NCBI RefSeq assembly: GCF_004010195.1
Contig: NC_057719.1
Coordinates: 20,225,433-20,289,432, forward strand
From: Chiloscyllium plagiosum
Lineage: Eukaryota
Direction: 5' to 3'
DNA: 64,000 nucleotides
Part shown: positions 41,400 through 53,651 of the stretch, in pieces
Layout of the letters: each line of letters opens with the position of its first letter
How positions within the stretch are numbered: position 1 is the first letter of the stretch
The notes under the pieces: model-generated
What the model was told of the DNA's origin: nothing
Database searches by the model: none
The model's input: only the letters and a program-made list of their open reading frames with translations
Made by a program: the position numbers and the translations under genes

Positions 41400-42186
41400 A
41401 ACAGTTTAGAACATATTTAAATAGAATAGAATTCAAGGATTTATTGTAAAGATTCTAAGAAAATAATAATCAATGGCACATATGTGCAACATTTAACACA
41501 AAGCACCATCTCTAGTAGGAACTTAATCAGAACCAAGCGCCTTCAGAGTTATCTGCTCTGTGGAGAACATACAAGAAATCATGTTACATATCACAACACT
41601 GAGTCTGATTTGGTGCAGCCTCAGGTAGGAGGCTTGTGAAGAAGGTGGAGTTCTCCATAGGTGCACTAGGAGGAGCTCGCAGCCGAAGTCAATACATCCC
41701 AATGTATTGCACACTTCCAGAATTCTTAATGTAGCATTATTATTTCATCTTATTTGCACTTGAGTTGCACATTTACATTTGACTGAATTAGTGTCAGTAT
41801 TGGACCAACAAATTCAATTTAAATAGTGCAGTACTTTCTATTCTCATTAAGATCTGGAGCTCTTCTTAAAAAAAGCTCTGCAACTTGACCTTGGTGTTGT
41901 TTTGGGCTGTAAAACAAAAGAGCTGCTTCAGCCCTGAATAAACAACAGATGCAAATTTACTGCTGATTTCAGCAAGAAATCAAATTTTAATACATCATCA
42001 TGCAGAAAGTTTAATATCAAAATTTTAAATCTACGTAAAAATCCTAATGATGGAGTTAAACTTCATGTGAATTAGGAAAAATAAATATTTCAATGGGAAA
42101 ATGGTGACAAAGGATTTGTAAGATTGAAGAAAGGTAAATTAGCTTTCAAATTAGTTTATTTATTTAGAAATACCTAAGATTTGTTC

Positions 42187-42450
42187 AGGGTGGCACAATG
42201 GCTCATTTGTTAGTACTGCTACCTCACAGTACCAGGGAGTAGGTTCAATCCCACTCTTGGATGACTTTGTGGAGTTTGCACATTCTCCCTGTGTCTATGT
42301 GGTTTCCTTTCACAGTCCAAAGATATGCAGGTTTCATGGATTGGCCATGGGAAACGCTGGATTAAAAGGTAGAGAGGAGTGTCTGAGTGTGATGTGCTTT
42401 GGAAGGTAGGTGGGCTTGATGGGCTGCTTCCACACTGTAGGAATCTAAGA
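42187..42450 (+). mobile_element. HE1-type SINE, diverged
   Basis: GGGTGGCACAATGGCTCA head and GTGGAGTTTGCACATTCTCCC core. Confidence 0.85.
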
Positions 42451-45069
42451 CTTTTTATAACTGAGAGTGTTAAAAACAATGTGACTGCAATAAGGTTTCC
42501 TGGAGACACACTATAAATGCTCCAATTGTTGACATTTTTGAAATGTCTTTTTTTAGTATATCTAGCATTAGCCAGTACTTACAATATAATTCTCATTTAG
42601 TTGGAATTGAATTTCCTGTATCACACCAGTACTTATTCTTTAAAAGTAATGAATTAGCTATAAAATTTTTTGGGATGTTCTAAGGTCATGAAAGATAGTT
42701 AGTCTTACTTTTTCTTTTAAATTCTTCCTTCTATTTTCGCCCATTAGGCTGGAATTTTCAGTAAAGATTGCTGAGGGTCTCATCTAACCACCTCCTTCTA
42801 GAAAAAAACAACTTTATAATGTTTCCAATTATTCCCACTGTAAGATTACAGTGACTAATTTTGAAATACTGTTTTATTATCTATTGTCTAATCGAATTAT
42901 TATATTTGGAACATTCGGCATTCATGGTTCAACATGAAAATCTATTTCTACTAAAGAGTCTCATCTCTTTCTTCTTCACTTTTTCATTATTCTACCCTCT
43001 CAGTAATTGTATATTTTGTATCTGATTTCCAAAATTCTCTTCATCTTTTGCAAAAATTCAGCAGCTCAAGAAGAAACATATCTTTGTGGCAATGTGTGTG
43101 AATGATACGAATTATTAATGGAATTCTGCTGCCTCGACTTTCAACACATTGCATACAATGAATTTGCAATACAGAACCAACACATTTAGTTGGAAATGTC
43201 CATGACAGTATTTATACTTCACACAAGTCTCCATACATCGCTTTATGTGTAACTCTATCTGTATAACCTTTGCCCTCATTTGTTTATCGAGCATCCCTTC
43301 AATACATCAATTCTAATCGCCTTAACTTTTGCTTAATTTACTGAGTTCCAGGTTTTAATCACTCTCTGGATGAAGAAGTTTCTTTAAAATCCCTTATTGA
43401 ATTTATTAGTAATAATCTTGTGCCTATTTCTCTCTTAGTTTTGATTCTCAGGTGGAAATATTTTATCAATGTTGACCTTACGTCTCATAATCTTGAAGAG
43501 ACATGTGAATGTACAAATTAGGAACATGTGGGACATTTGGTCCCTCAAGCCTGCTTTGCTATTCAATAATGTCACAAGTTACATGATCATGGGTCCAACT
43601 CTGTATCCCCATCTACCTCGAATAAACTTTAACTCTCTTGATAACTCTATCACGTCACTCTTCAGTTTTCTCTTTCTCAAAGGGAAAAACACTGGGCAAA
43701 ATTCTCAGTCAGGCTAGCTTATAAAACCTTTATTAAGCTGTTTTGAAGCTATATCTTCATTAAATTTCTGAGCTGCTTTGAAAACAGATTGAACAGCATT
43801 GTAAGAATAGCCTGTAAAGGAACATGGGCTAAAAATGGTGTTCAGTGGAATATCAAGCCCTAGCCTTTTTGCTTACTTAGCTTGTCTTGCTAGAGCTTGG
43901 TTTATAACACAGTCAACAACTTATGTGCAGTCAGTAATTCTTGAGACATTTTAATGCATGATAAATATGCCCATGTAATGTCAATTTTATGAGTTGCAGT
44001 CACCAGTACTGTCACTTATGCAGCAAAAGAATTTCCATATTTTATCTTGTTTATTTTGTTTGAATGTTTGATGGCAACCAATTAACATGATGTCCTCCAA
44101 ATTCCACTGAAGGGCCGTAATAACCATAACAATGATAACAAGATATCTAAGCTGTATTTTTCTTCAACGAGCAAAGACAGCATGATGCAGTGTGCAATTG
44201 CCTCCTTTAATAAGAGCTTTTCTTCGGTCTCTGATTTAATTGGCTTAATCTAGCATTTAACTGACATGTTTAAAGTAGTCATTCTGCCAAGATAAGTATC
44301 TTTAAATGATAATGACATTCAATGAATGTCCTTTCTGTAGTAGGTGTAAATTATACATGGTTAATGTGATAAAAATTGAATCAAATCACTTAAACTAAGC
44401 AATCCTTGGAATTCTAATTGGGGATTTCAGAGAGAGAGAGAGAGAGAAAAAAAAGTCCTTCAGTAGGTATTTTAACTATTTAGAAACTAAGGAAATTTCA
44501 CAGCCAGTTGAGTTGATAAAAAGAGCAGATTTGCTTATTATTCCAGAGGTCATTTTACAGGATACATAACAAAAAAGACAGTAAATGAAGTCTCCCACAT
44601 TTGCTATTGAGGTATGTTAATCTTATGAGTCGAAATTGAAAAGGATTTGCCTGTCAAGGTAATTGAGTTGGAAATGTTCTGAATTACTGAACTTGCCTTG
44701 CCATAATAGTCACTTAAAATGCACAATTTTTGCTCTGGACCAGAATGGGGTTGTGGGATGGAGGGAAGCAGCAAGATGTAAATTAGGGATGGACAGAGGT
44801 AGCCATGGCAGTGGAAGAGTAATGGGGTGGATTGGTTAGAAGCCTTGCCCTTGTTCTCTAGGACTTTGTCCCAGTTGTTTCAATGATTGTTAGGACCTCT
44901 GTGTTCTTACCCCTCACATTCACAATAACATAATGATAGCCCTTGGAAAAATATCAACAAAAGGCTCTAGTTAAGTTGCATGACTTGAAGCGACTGATTT
45001 TTCTAACCTGTTCCTGTCAATCAAATATCTATGAACTCACACTGAGAGTTGAAGCCTGTTTTTCTAATT

Positions 45070-47280
45070 ATATTAACATTTAAAATTTGAGGAATATAAA
45101 GAACTTTAGATTATGCTAACTATTCATATCTCACTCAACCTTTTAAAAAATTCACAAACTTTCCATCAATTTGTGATTCCCATTCCCTGCAGTAAAAGCC
45201 TTTGGATTGACAAAATAGCATCTATTTGCACGCAACATTGAGTTCAAAATGGCTCAACTCAGTTCAGTGTGTGTAAATAAGCTCTTTCTTCAATTGCCAA
45301 AAATTAGATCTACTGGAAAAGGTGGAGGGGCTATTGCGACTTTCCACTCCTCTCCATCCACCATTTTAAAAGGCCTGTCAAGTCTTTCCAAATCCATGAA
45401 AATATGCTCCTTGAATCTCTAATATTTTGCAAACACAAACACTATAAAGAAGAACTCAAGTACCTCAACATCTGCTCCATTAAAGAACAAAACAAGAAGC
45501 ACAAATCAAAACTATGTCTTAGATATGTCCTAGCTTGTGAGAAATGAGCTTTCAGTGGTACTTGAAGCGATTTGGAATAGATTAATTGAGATCAACTTGT
45601 ATATTTCGATCACAAGACCTAGTTCTTAGGAACAATCTTACAGGGGCCTGAACAATGTGCACTGTGATCAACCAGCCTCAAGTGGACAGTCTCAGGAGGC
45701 TCATCCTGACTCCAGGATAACTCATTGCATCTTTTAATTAAGTTCCATGACGAGTTGTCTAGTAAGCAGATTGTTGCTTGTGAACAACTTTATGAACTGC
45801 ACGTCTTACCTCAAGAATATGCAGCTGCCTACCCTATTCCCTGCCGTGAGCAAATTAAATGCTGATAATTCTCAATATGGAAGACAAAATAGTTATTTCA
45901 GCCCTTCATTTGCTCCATAAAGTCTCCATGCAGGCATCAACATTTCACAGCACAGTCCATGCACACCACCCACATCCACCCAAAATCCATGGACGTTGGC
46001 ATCTGAAATGTGCCAGCCTTTAGGAGCTCTCTTGGCACTTTGGTTTATTCAAAGTACGTTTCTGTACTTCAGTGCTGCACCTCGGGGCACAATAGAAATC
46101 CTGTTTGCAATGATGCAGCCTGGACATTTTGCATTCAGAGACATGCCATCCTGGACTGAGAAAAAGGCAGGTATTAGGAAAATGAATGTTGGATGGCACG
46201 TCTTCTATTTTTGCCACGGTTGGTGTGGTGTCCTTATTGAGTAGGCTGCACAGAGGATGCACACGGTCAGCGGGGCTGAGGCTTGGAGTGGGTGAATGCG
46301 AGTGGGAAAAGATGTTGCAGGCAGCAGCGAGAGTGCTCGAGCCTGACACTTAGTGGGAGGAGGACACAGAACTGCCAGGTATAGCAATGAGATAAAGTGA
46401 GTGTGAGGTATAGCAGAGATGATGACCTCACTTATACTGGTGGAGTGGAGAAGGACATTGGCTTTGTTCGTGCAGTTAGGCATCTTTCACATGGCCAAGA
46501 TGGTACTGACCAGAGTGGCAATCTTGGACAAGGCTGGCACCATCTGGTGTCATGGGCTCTTGGTCCCCTCTGCACTATCCTGTCCAGCAGACAATTTTGG
46601 ACCCTGCAACAAAGCAGGATGCCATGTTTGAGCCATTAGGAATCATTTGTGTTTGGTAAGATACAGCAAGAAACTTCATGAGGCCTCACCTCATGAGAGA
46701 AAGACTCCATGAAAACTTGACAAAACTGACACTTAAGCTGATAAAAAAAAAGGTAAGATTCAGCCTTAAGTATCCAGGCTTTAAAAATGGTCAAAATGGG
46801 TAAACAAACAAAAGAATGTTTTGTTTGTCCCTGTGCTTCCTAATGACTGAAGGGTTATTGTTTGTAAGAAGGAACTTGTGAATGTTTTTTATTCTTACTT
46901 TGCTTCCATCTTTCTTCTTTCAAATCTGTCTTATTTTCCATGTTCTACAATGTACAGTTCCTAATCATACATATGTTTTTGTAGCTTTTTAAAGAGACAG
47001 TGCTAGTCTCTGAAGAATTGTTTTTCTTAGTTACCTACAAATATGACCTGTCTCTGTTAGTCAGTTACTTTTTCTAAAATTATGGAGCTTGTATCAATGC
47101 AAGGGGAAATGGGGCTTTAGAATTCTATATTTTGAACAAAATCATAAGTACTTTACAGCCAGGAGCAATACACAAGTTTAGAATTTTAATCAAGGGTTGC
47201 CTGAACATACATCTCTCAGCATGAGAGTTCGATGGTGGAAAAGATGTGGCCTCATGTTGAGAGAAAAATCTCAACAGATA
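45070..47280 (+). pseudogene. Degenerate paramyxovirus-like N EVE, copy C, interrupted by a Harbinger-like element
   Basis: FEEYKEL (45086; cf. NDV N FDEYEQL), FVIPIPC (45170; cf. IIVPIPG), ELSVVLEAI..ISITRPS (~45546), KIMELVSMQGE (47077; cf. SLMNLYQQMGE) and ILNKIISTLQPGAI (~47129). Confidence 0.55.
45643..46768 (-). mobile_element. Decayed Harbinger-like element (Myb/SANT remnant)
   Basis: Minus strand LLDRIVQR...CTNKANVLLHS resembles the Myb/SANT QCRKKxNDL motif; TIR-like GGGCCTGAA and TTCAGCC ends. Confidence 0.55.
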
Positions 47281-47281
47281 C

Positions 47282-50200
47282 TGTAGTGATTGTAACAAGG
47301 ACAGCCAAGTGGGCCTAATAGAATCAGTGTTCCCTGATTGGGAATGTTAACCTGGTGCAATCAGGAAGCCCTGGCTGACAAGTAAGAACAGGACTGTCAG
47401 ACACCTTGTGAGTTGACTCTGACGAGGCTGTACCAGAGTCAAGGACTCTACAGGTATAAATAAAGAGTGACTTGATGATGAGATACCTGCTTCTTATTTC
47501 AGTGGCATCGAGAGTCATGCACATCCTGAAGAAACTCACTCACAACAGTCATCTTTGACTTGGGGTAAGCATTGCTTGCATCATGCTGCTATTTGGGAAG
47601 CTTGACTCATTTGACCCTGTTGTCAAATATTGGGCCCAGTATGTGAAAAGAATGTGCTATTTTGTCCAAGCAAATGACATTGGAGCAGATGAAAAACAAT
47701 GAGTAATGTTCTGACTTCATGTGAATCCACAGCTTTTTGGTTATTAAGAGCCTTACTTTCCCTGAAGCACAAGAAACTAAAATCTTTCAAGAATTGATGA
47801 ATTTAGTTAAGGAATATTACAACGCCAGGCCTCTTCTAATTCTGAGAAGCTATCATTTTTACTTGGCAATTTGAGAACCAGGGAATCTGTATTGGGATTT
47901 TTGACACAGTAAAGACAACTGGAAGAGGCTGTGATTTTTGTTTAACCTTTAATGAGATCCTGAGGGACTGGTTAGGATGTGGGAGTAATGATGTAACCAT
48001 GAAAAAATCACCTACCAGCTGAAGTCCAACCGGATTTCAAATAGGCACTACAACTGACTTTACCATTGGAAACTGCAACAAGTGGAGCGTATGAGTTACA
48101 GGATATTCCAATGGGAGTTGCCACACTCACTGAGCATGGGGAACATTACTTGGGTGAAGGCAATTGCATTGCCTCAGTCAGGACGTATCCTGAATGGAGG
48201 GTCTCTAGGTCAGCCCTCAGAGAAAAACCTAAATCAAAGCCAAGCCTCGGCGAAAAGGTTAAAATTTTCTACAGGATCCGGGCCAACAAGCTATTGTAGT
48301 TGCTGCTGTTATGTGGACACGAGATAGCAAAAAAGTCCCTCCCAACCTAAATTGAGTAAGAGAGCCTGTAGGCTGGTGTCCAGGAGAGTGCACACTCTGG
48401 AAAATCCATGTACATTTGTTTTGGAACAGTTAAATTGTTGAGCAACATCCACATTAAAACTAATCAAACTAAATGTCTGGTTGAATAGTCACCCAGTTCG
48501 ATACTGGCATAGCTGTTTCAGTGATCACAGAACCAGTCTTTAATAAATTCGCTGTGGACTCCAACCCTTAAATTTTGCACAAAACCACAGCTAAACTGAA
48601 AATCTATACCAGGGCCCCTTAAAGATTAAAGGCATAACTTTGGTACCGGTCTCTTATGAGAAGCAACTGTTTCAGTTACCATTGATAATAATCAAAGGAC
48701 TCAAGCTCAAACCTGATGGGGTGAAAGATTCACCTTGATTGGCTTGACATTTTTCGATGAGAAAATGGCTGCCTGAGTGAAGTCCTAATTAAATACCTGG
48801 ACGTTTTTCAGGAAGAGTTGAGGTCACCTTGCATGTGGATCAGGAAGCAATTCCACAACTCCGCAAGGCCCGCCCAGTGCTGTTTGCCTTATGGGCAAAA
48901 GTAGAGGCACCACCAGTGATACTGCTTCTGAAGGAGTCAGTCATAGTTTGAAATGTTCTGGACACACTTGCAGTCACAGCTGACAATATCAGACTTTGAA
49001 TGCAAATAAGTTCTGGACCTGGCAAAACTGTAGAAGCTGATGGTGATGGGGGAAACCAAAGTGCTGTCACAACTCGAATTGAAACCTTTTTGGACCCAGA
49101 GAGACCAGATCATAGTAGACAAACAGCATATTATTATGGGGACCAAGAGTGATTCTCCTGAGCAAAGGTCAGCCAGACACTGAAACTATTTTGGACCCAG
49201 AGAGACCAGATCACAGTAGAGAACAGCATTTTATCATGGGTCCAAAAGTGATTCTCCTGAGCAAAGGTCAACCAACTCCTTTGAGGGTCAAGATGTTGGC
49301 AACAAATTATGTCTGGTGGTTAGGACTGGATGCAGACATAGCCACATTGGTGGGGCAGTGCCCAGGGTCCCAACAAGGACCAACATTAATGCCAACAGCT
49401 CCCTCATTTTCCTGAGAATGGTCAGGCAAACCCTGAACTCAGTTATGCATCGACTATGCGTGTCCTTTCATGGGCTCAATGTTCTGAGACATTGTGGACA
49501 CTCAATCAGAGTAGTTAGACTTGCACAGAGGTTCATTGGCCAAGCACAGAGATGATGATAGAAAAACTACACGCATTTTTTGCAACACTCGGACCCCCAG
49601 AAACCTTGGTCAAAGATAATGGGCCATCGTTCACCAGCAGAGAATTTGAACATTTCGTAAAGTCAAATGGCATTTTACATGTAAGGGCAGCTCCATACTA
49701 TCCATCTCCAATGGTCTGGCAGAAAGAGTAGTCCAAACTTTGAAGACAGGCTTAAAGAAACAGCCAACAGATTCACCAGGTACCAAACTGTCCCAGTTCC
49801 TGTTTGATTACAGGTCCACCTCTCACGTAACCACAGGAATAGCTCCAGCAGAGTTGCTAATGGGGAGAAGACTCCATACCAGGTTAAATCTGATCTTCCC
49901 GGACCTGGGGGTGAGGGTGAATGGCATCAGGAACACCAATGCCGGGCACAAGATTCCACAAAGCGCGAGAGACAGTTTTCTTCAGGGGACAATGTTTGGT
50001 GTGGGAACTATGGGATTGGCCCGGCATGGTTAAGAGGCATAGTTGACACTAAGTCAGGTCCGGTGACGTATAAGGTTCAGGTAGGTGCGAACAAGCACGT
50101 GGACTATATGAAAGCCGCAACTTGCAAAGAGGGTGGGAGCAAAGTGTGCCTGGCTTCTTGGAAGGGCTAGCAGAACCGATGGGTTCTCGCTCTGCATCAA

Positions 50201-50618
50201 ATGTTGAAGATACTTGATGCCTTTGTTGCCTGAGGAAAATGAATCTCTTCCTAGATGGTCTGGATGCAAGAGGTGAGCTACTGTGAGTTATATGCTGCCC
50301 ATTGGAGGCAGTGTCAGAGGAACCTGACCTGGTTCTATAACACCACAGGAGGAGCGACAAGAGAAAGTACATGCCTATGTCCTCGGACTCAGAGAGTGAG
50401 GAATTTAGTGATTGTAAAGAGGTCAGCCAGGTCGACCTCACAGAATATGAGTTCCGTATTTGGGCCTTTATTCTGGTCCTATCAGGGAATCCTGACTGGC
50501 AGATACCTTAACACCCTAGGAGTTGTCTCTGATGCAGCTGTACCATAGTCAACGACTTACCACATGTAAATTAAGGATGACTTGATAATAGGATACCGCC
50601 CTCTGTAGAGTTATTTCA
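47282..50618 (+). mobile_element. Gypsy LTR retrotransposon, internally deleted, two diverged LTRs
   Basis: LTRs ~47282-47500 and ~50404-50618 (TGTAGTGATTGTAA...TTATTTCA); PBS-like TGGCATCGAG; integrase peptides KMLATNYVWW, DNGPSFTS and YRSTSHVTTGIAPAELLMGR. Confidence 0.9.
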
Positions 50619-50619
50619 G

Positions 50620-51400
50620 AAAAACCTTTTGTATACTTGACACATCATTTTATCCATTTTGCAACATTGCCCTTGCAATAACTATTGGCCATATTTGTAG
50701 ACTGAAGGAATGACATTTATATGACTTGTCTTCAAGTAAATGGAATACACTGGGAGATTGTCAGTGCTGTATGGTTACTGATATTTTGACCTCCCATACC
50801 AAACATCATCCAAGAGAGGCAGCATTGCATGAAAGAGCGTGTTGTAAAATACTTAGAGTTCAAGGTGAGAGAGAAACAGCTCCGTATGTTGGATTGTTTT
50901 TATGAGCTGCCTCTTTGAAGATCACCTGTAATTATTTATGCTTAACTGAGATGACTATGATCAATTCATAAGGGCCAATGATATGATTGTTTCTGATGAA
51001 GGTTTGTATTTCACACAGTTCAGTCGCTCAAATTGATCTTTCTTCAGACCTTCTTACCAACACAGCATGAAAGAGGTCTCTAGGATACTTTATCTTTCTC
51101 AATAAAGTACAGGAGATTGATATATTACAATGGTTATATGCAACATTGATATTAGTGCTTACCACCTTTCCTCTGATTACACATACAATCTTGTGAATAC
51201 ATAATCAATGATGGACAATTTCATGGTCACCCCTATGATCTCCCATCATCTCATGTTACCAGGCCATCCTTATCACTTGTCCTTAGGCTCTTACAATACA
51301 TCTTATTAATTACATTCCAACACTGACTGTTGTGTCCCTTCCAAGATATTTGCCAGCTGCAAGCTGGTACCCTTGTCAAGGTTCTCCAAGGAAATTTATC
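50620..51400 (+). pseudogene. Degenerate L EVE, copy 3 (short, internally deleted)
   Basis: EFKVREKQLR (50856; cf. SLKEKEIK), LNKVQEIDILQWLYATL (51098; cf. LNEIYGLPSFFQWLHKRL) and LHSNTDCCVP (51310; cf. LHVETDCCVIP). Confidence 0.6.
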
Positions 51401-51477
51401 CAAACAAGACTCCATATCACAGGCTGACTGCCAACTAAAATCTAATTAAAATCTGTAGAGTCTAATACACCACAGCA

Positions 51478-51813
51478 GCATGATGGCTTAGTGGTTAGCG
51501 CTGATGCCTCAAAGCACCAGGGACCTCGGTTCAAGTTCAGCCTTGGATGACTGTCTGTGAGGAGTTTGCACGTTCTCCTGGTGCCTGTGTGGATTTCCTC
51601 CAGGTGCTCTGGTTTCTTCCTACAATCCAAAGATGTACAGTTTAGGTAAATTGGTCAGGCTAAACTGCTTACACTGTTCAGGGATGTGTAGGTTAGGTGT
51701 ATTAGTCAGGGGTTGATTAGGGTAGGGGAAATGGGTCTGTGTAGGATACTCTTTGGAGAGTTGGTGTAGACTTGTTGGGCCAAATGACCTGTTTCCACAC
51801 TGTAGGGATTCTA
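51478..51813 (+). mobile_element. HE1-type SINE
   Basis: tRNA-like head, HE1 core and TTTCCACACTGTAGGGATTCTA tail. Confidence 0.9.
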
Positions 51814-52149
51814 TGAAAACTACTTTTATTATACAAATATATATGTTTACTCTAATATTTAATTATAATCATTTAAAAGGCCTCATCTAAGCTTTCCCTT
51901 TCTATTTTGTATAAAAAATGGAAATTTCAATTGTTTCCATTTGAGTTGACTTATCAAAACCTTACTGAATGCATTCTAGAGCCCTCGAGATTCAGAGGCA
52001 TTTTTTGTCCGTCTGTTAAGGCCATGATTTGACCTATATGAAATGCTCATCAGCTTCAATTTTCTTGGATCATCTGTTTCAATTTAAGAAAAAAACACAG
52101 GCAGCCATTTTGTCATGTTCAGCCGTGGGCAGCAACAACATTCACACTT

Positions 52150-52635
52150 TCACACATTATATTCCACTTGCCATTACTTTGCCCACTCTCCCAAGTATCT
52201 GGGTCCTTCTGCAGCCTCCCCACTTCCTCAACACGACCTGCCCCTCCATCTTTGAGTCATCTGCAAACTTGGCAACAAAGCCCTCAATTCCTTCATGAAG
52301 CTTGTGAATGTATAACGTGACTAATAATGGTCCCAACACTGACTCCTATTGAACTCTACTAGTCACTGGCTGCTAACGATGAAAAGATTCCTTTATCCCC
52401 AGTCTCAAGGTTCTGCCAGTTAGCCAATCTTCTATCCATGTCAATACATTGCCCCTAACACCATGGGCTCTTATCTTATATTATGTGGCAGCCTCGTTAA
52501 TGAAGGAGGCACCTTGACAAAGGCCTTCTGGAAATCCAATTATTATCACGACAACTGGCTCTCCTTTGTCTAACTTTCTGGATATCTCTTCAAAGAATTC
52601 TAGAAAATTTGCTAGCCATGACCTTCCCTTAATGA
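52150..52635 (-). mobile_element. CR1 LINE RT fragment
   Basis: LGPLLVTLYI..AKFADD; KGRSWLANFLEFFE. Confidence 0.9.
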
Positions 52636-52974
52636 AGAGTGAAAAAGTGTGGTGTTGGAAAAGCACAGCAGGTCAGGCAGCATCCGAGGAGAGTCGATGT
52701 TTTGCCCATAAGCCCTTTTATCAGGAATATTTGTGGGGTGGGGAGGGGATACTGAGAGATAAATAGGATGGTGGTGGTGGGGGGGGGGGGTTTGCTGGGA
52801 GGGAATGCTATTTATGGTAGAATTCCTTCCCTAAATGGCATTGATGAACGATGAATCACTGGACTGATGGCACTGAATATGAAGGACTAACATGGGACCA
52901 CTTTCCGGACTATAGTGATCTGTACCCTTTGATGTATAAGTTGATCAACTGACAATGCACAAGATACTGATACT

Positions 52975-53230
52975 AAGCCGACTCAGGCGACTGACTGTGT
53001 GGAGTTTGCACGTTCTCCCCGTGTCTGCGTGGGTTTCCTCCGGGTGCTCCGGTTTCCTCCCACAATCCAAAAATGTGCGGGTCAGGTGAATTGGCCATAC
53101 TAAATTGCCCGTAGTGTTAGGTTAAAGGGGTAAATGTAGGGGTATGGGTGGGTTGCGCTTCGGCGGGTCGGTGTGGACTTGTTGGGCCGAAGGGCCTGTT
53201 TCCACACTGTAAGTAATCTAATCTAATCTA
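52975..53230 (+). mobile_element. Young HE1-type SINE (CpG-rich, 5'-truncated)
   Basis: HE1 core with retained CpGs and (AATCT)n tail. Confidence 0.95.
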
Positions 53231-53651
53231 AAAAAAAATGCAGTCCTTGAATTATTATACCAGTCTGACTGAAAGCTGTTTTCCTTGACCTAACTGAGAA
53301 CTTTAGATTAGTTCCATTAGACTTTTAGATAGATATTTGGTTGACATACAAGTAGAGTATTTGCCAATATACTCGTGAAACATGGAGTAGGTGTGAGATT
53401 AATGTAGTATGGTGCCATACAACAACATGTCCTTGTAGAGTGCCCGAAAACATTGGGGACTGCTTCCCAAGATGGAGTGCTGGAGGAGCAGACAGCAAGC
53501 TGAAGTCACCAGGTACCTGCTCTTTCTTGCTGGTAATTGTTGAGTTTCCAGAATAGGAAACTGCATATCAGTGAGGCAAGATTAGGTAATAATGGCATGC
53601 AAATATATGCAAATCAGCCTCTTGCAGCTCACTAGTGTGATTCTTGTCTCA

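Larger units (their letters stand above)
33600..43900 (+). pseudogene. Degenerate paramyxovirus-like L EVE, copy 2 (RdRp, capping and methyltransferase domains), heavily interrupted
   Basis: IWKLTD (33615; cf. MWKLID), FGHPIEA (33861), FMKTDFK (34721, motif A), IIEMLCGQF (38341, motif B-like), QDPEV (~39143), CCKDAKSSVISWTAPAN (ORF 39892-40107), GGVLHRCTRRSSQPK (41644; HR motif, cf. NLAHRLRDRSTQVK), HLHL (41768) and IFGTFGIHGST (42902; cf. LFRPFGINST). Confidence 0.7.
51900..53345 (+). pseudogene. Degenerate HN-like receptor-binding protein EVE, copy 2 (interrupted by CR1, Penelope and HE1)
   Basis: ECILEPS, HDLTYMKC, YSDLYPL (52911; cf. YTDAYPL), YTSLTESCF (cf. YTTSTCF) and ENFRLVPL (53296; cf. 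NDV HN EFRIVPL). Confidence 0.55.
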
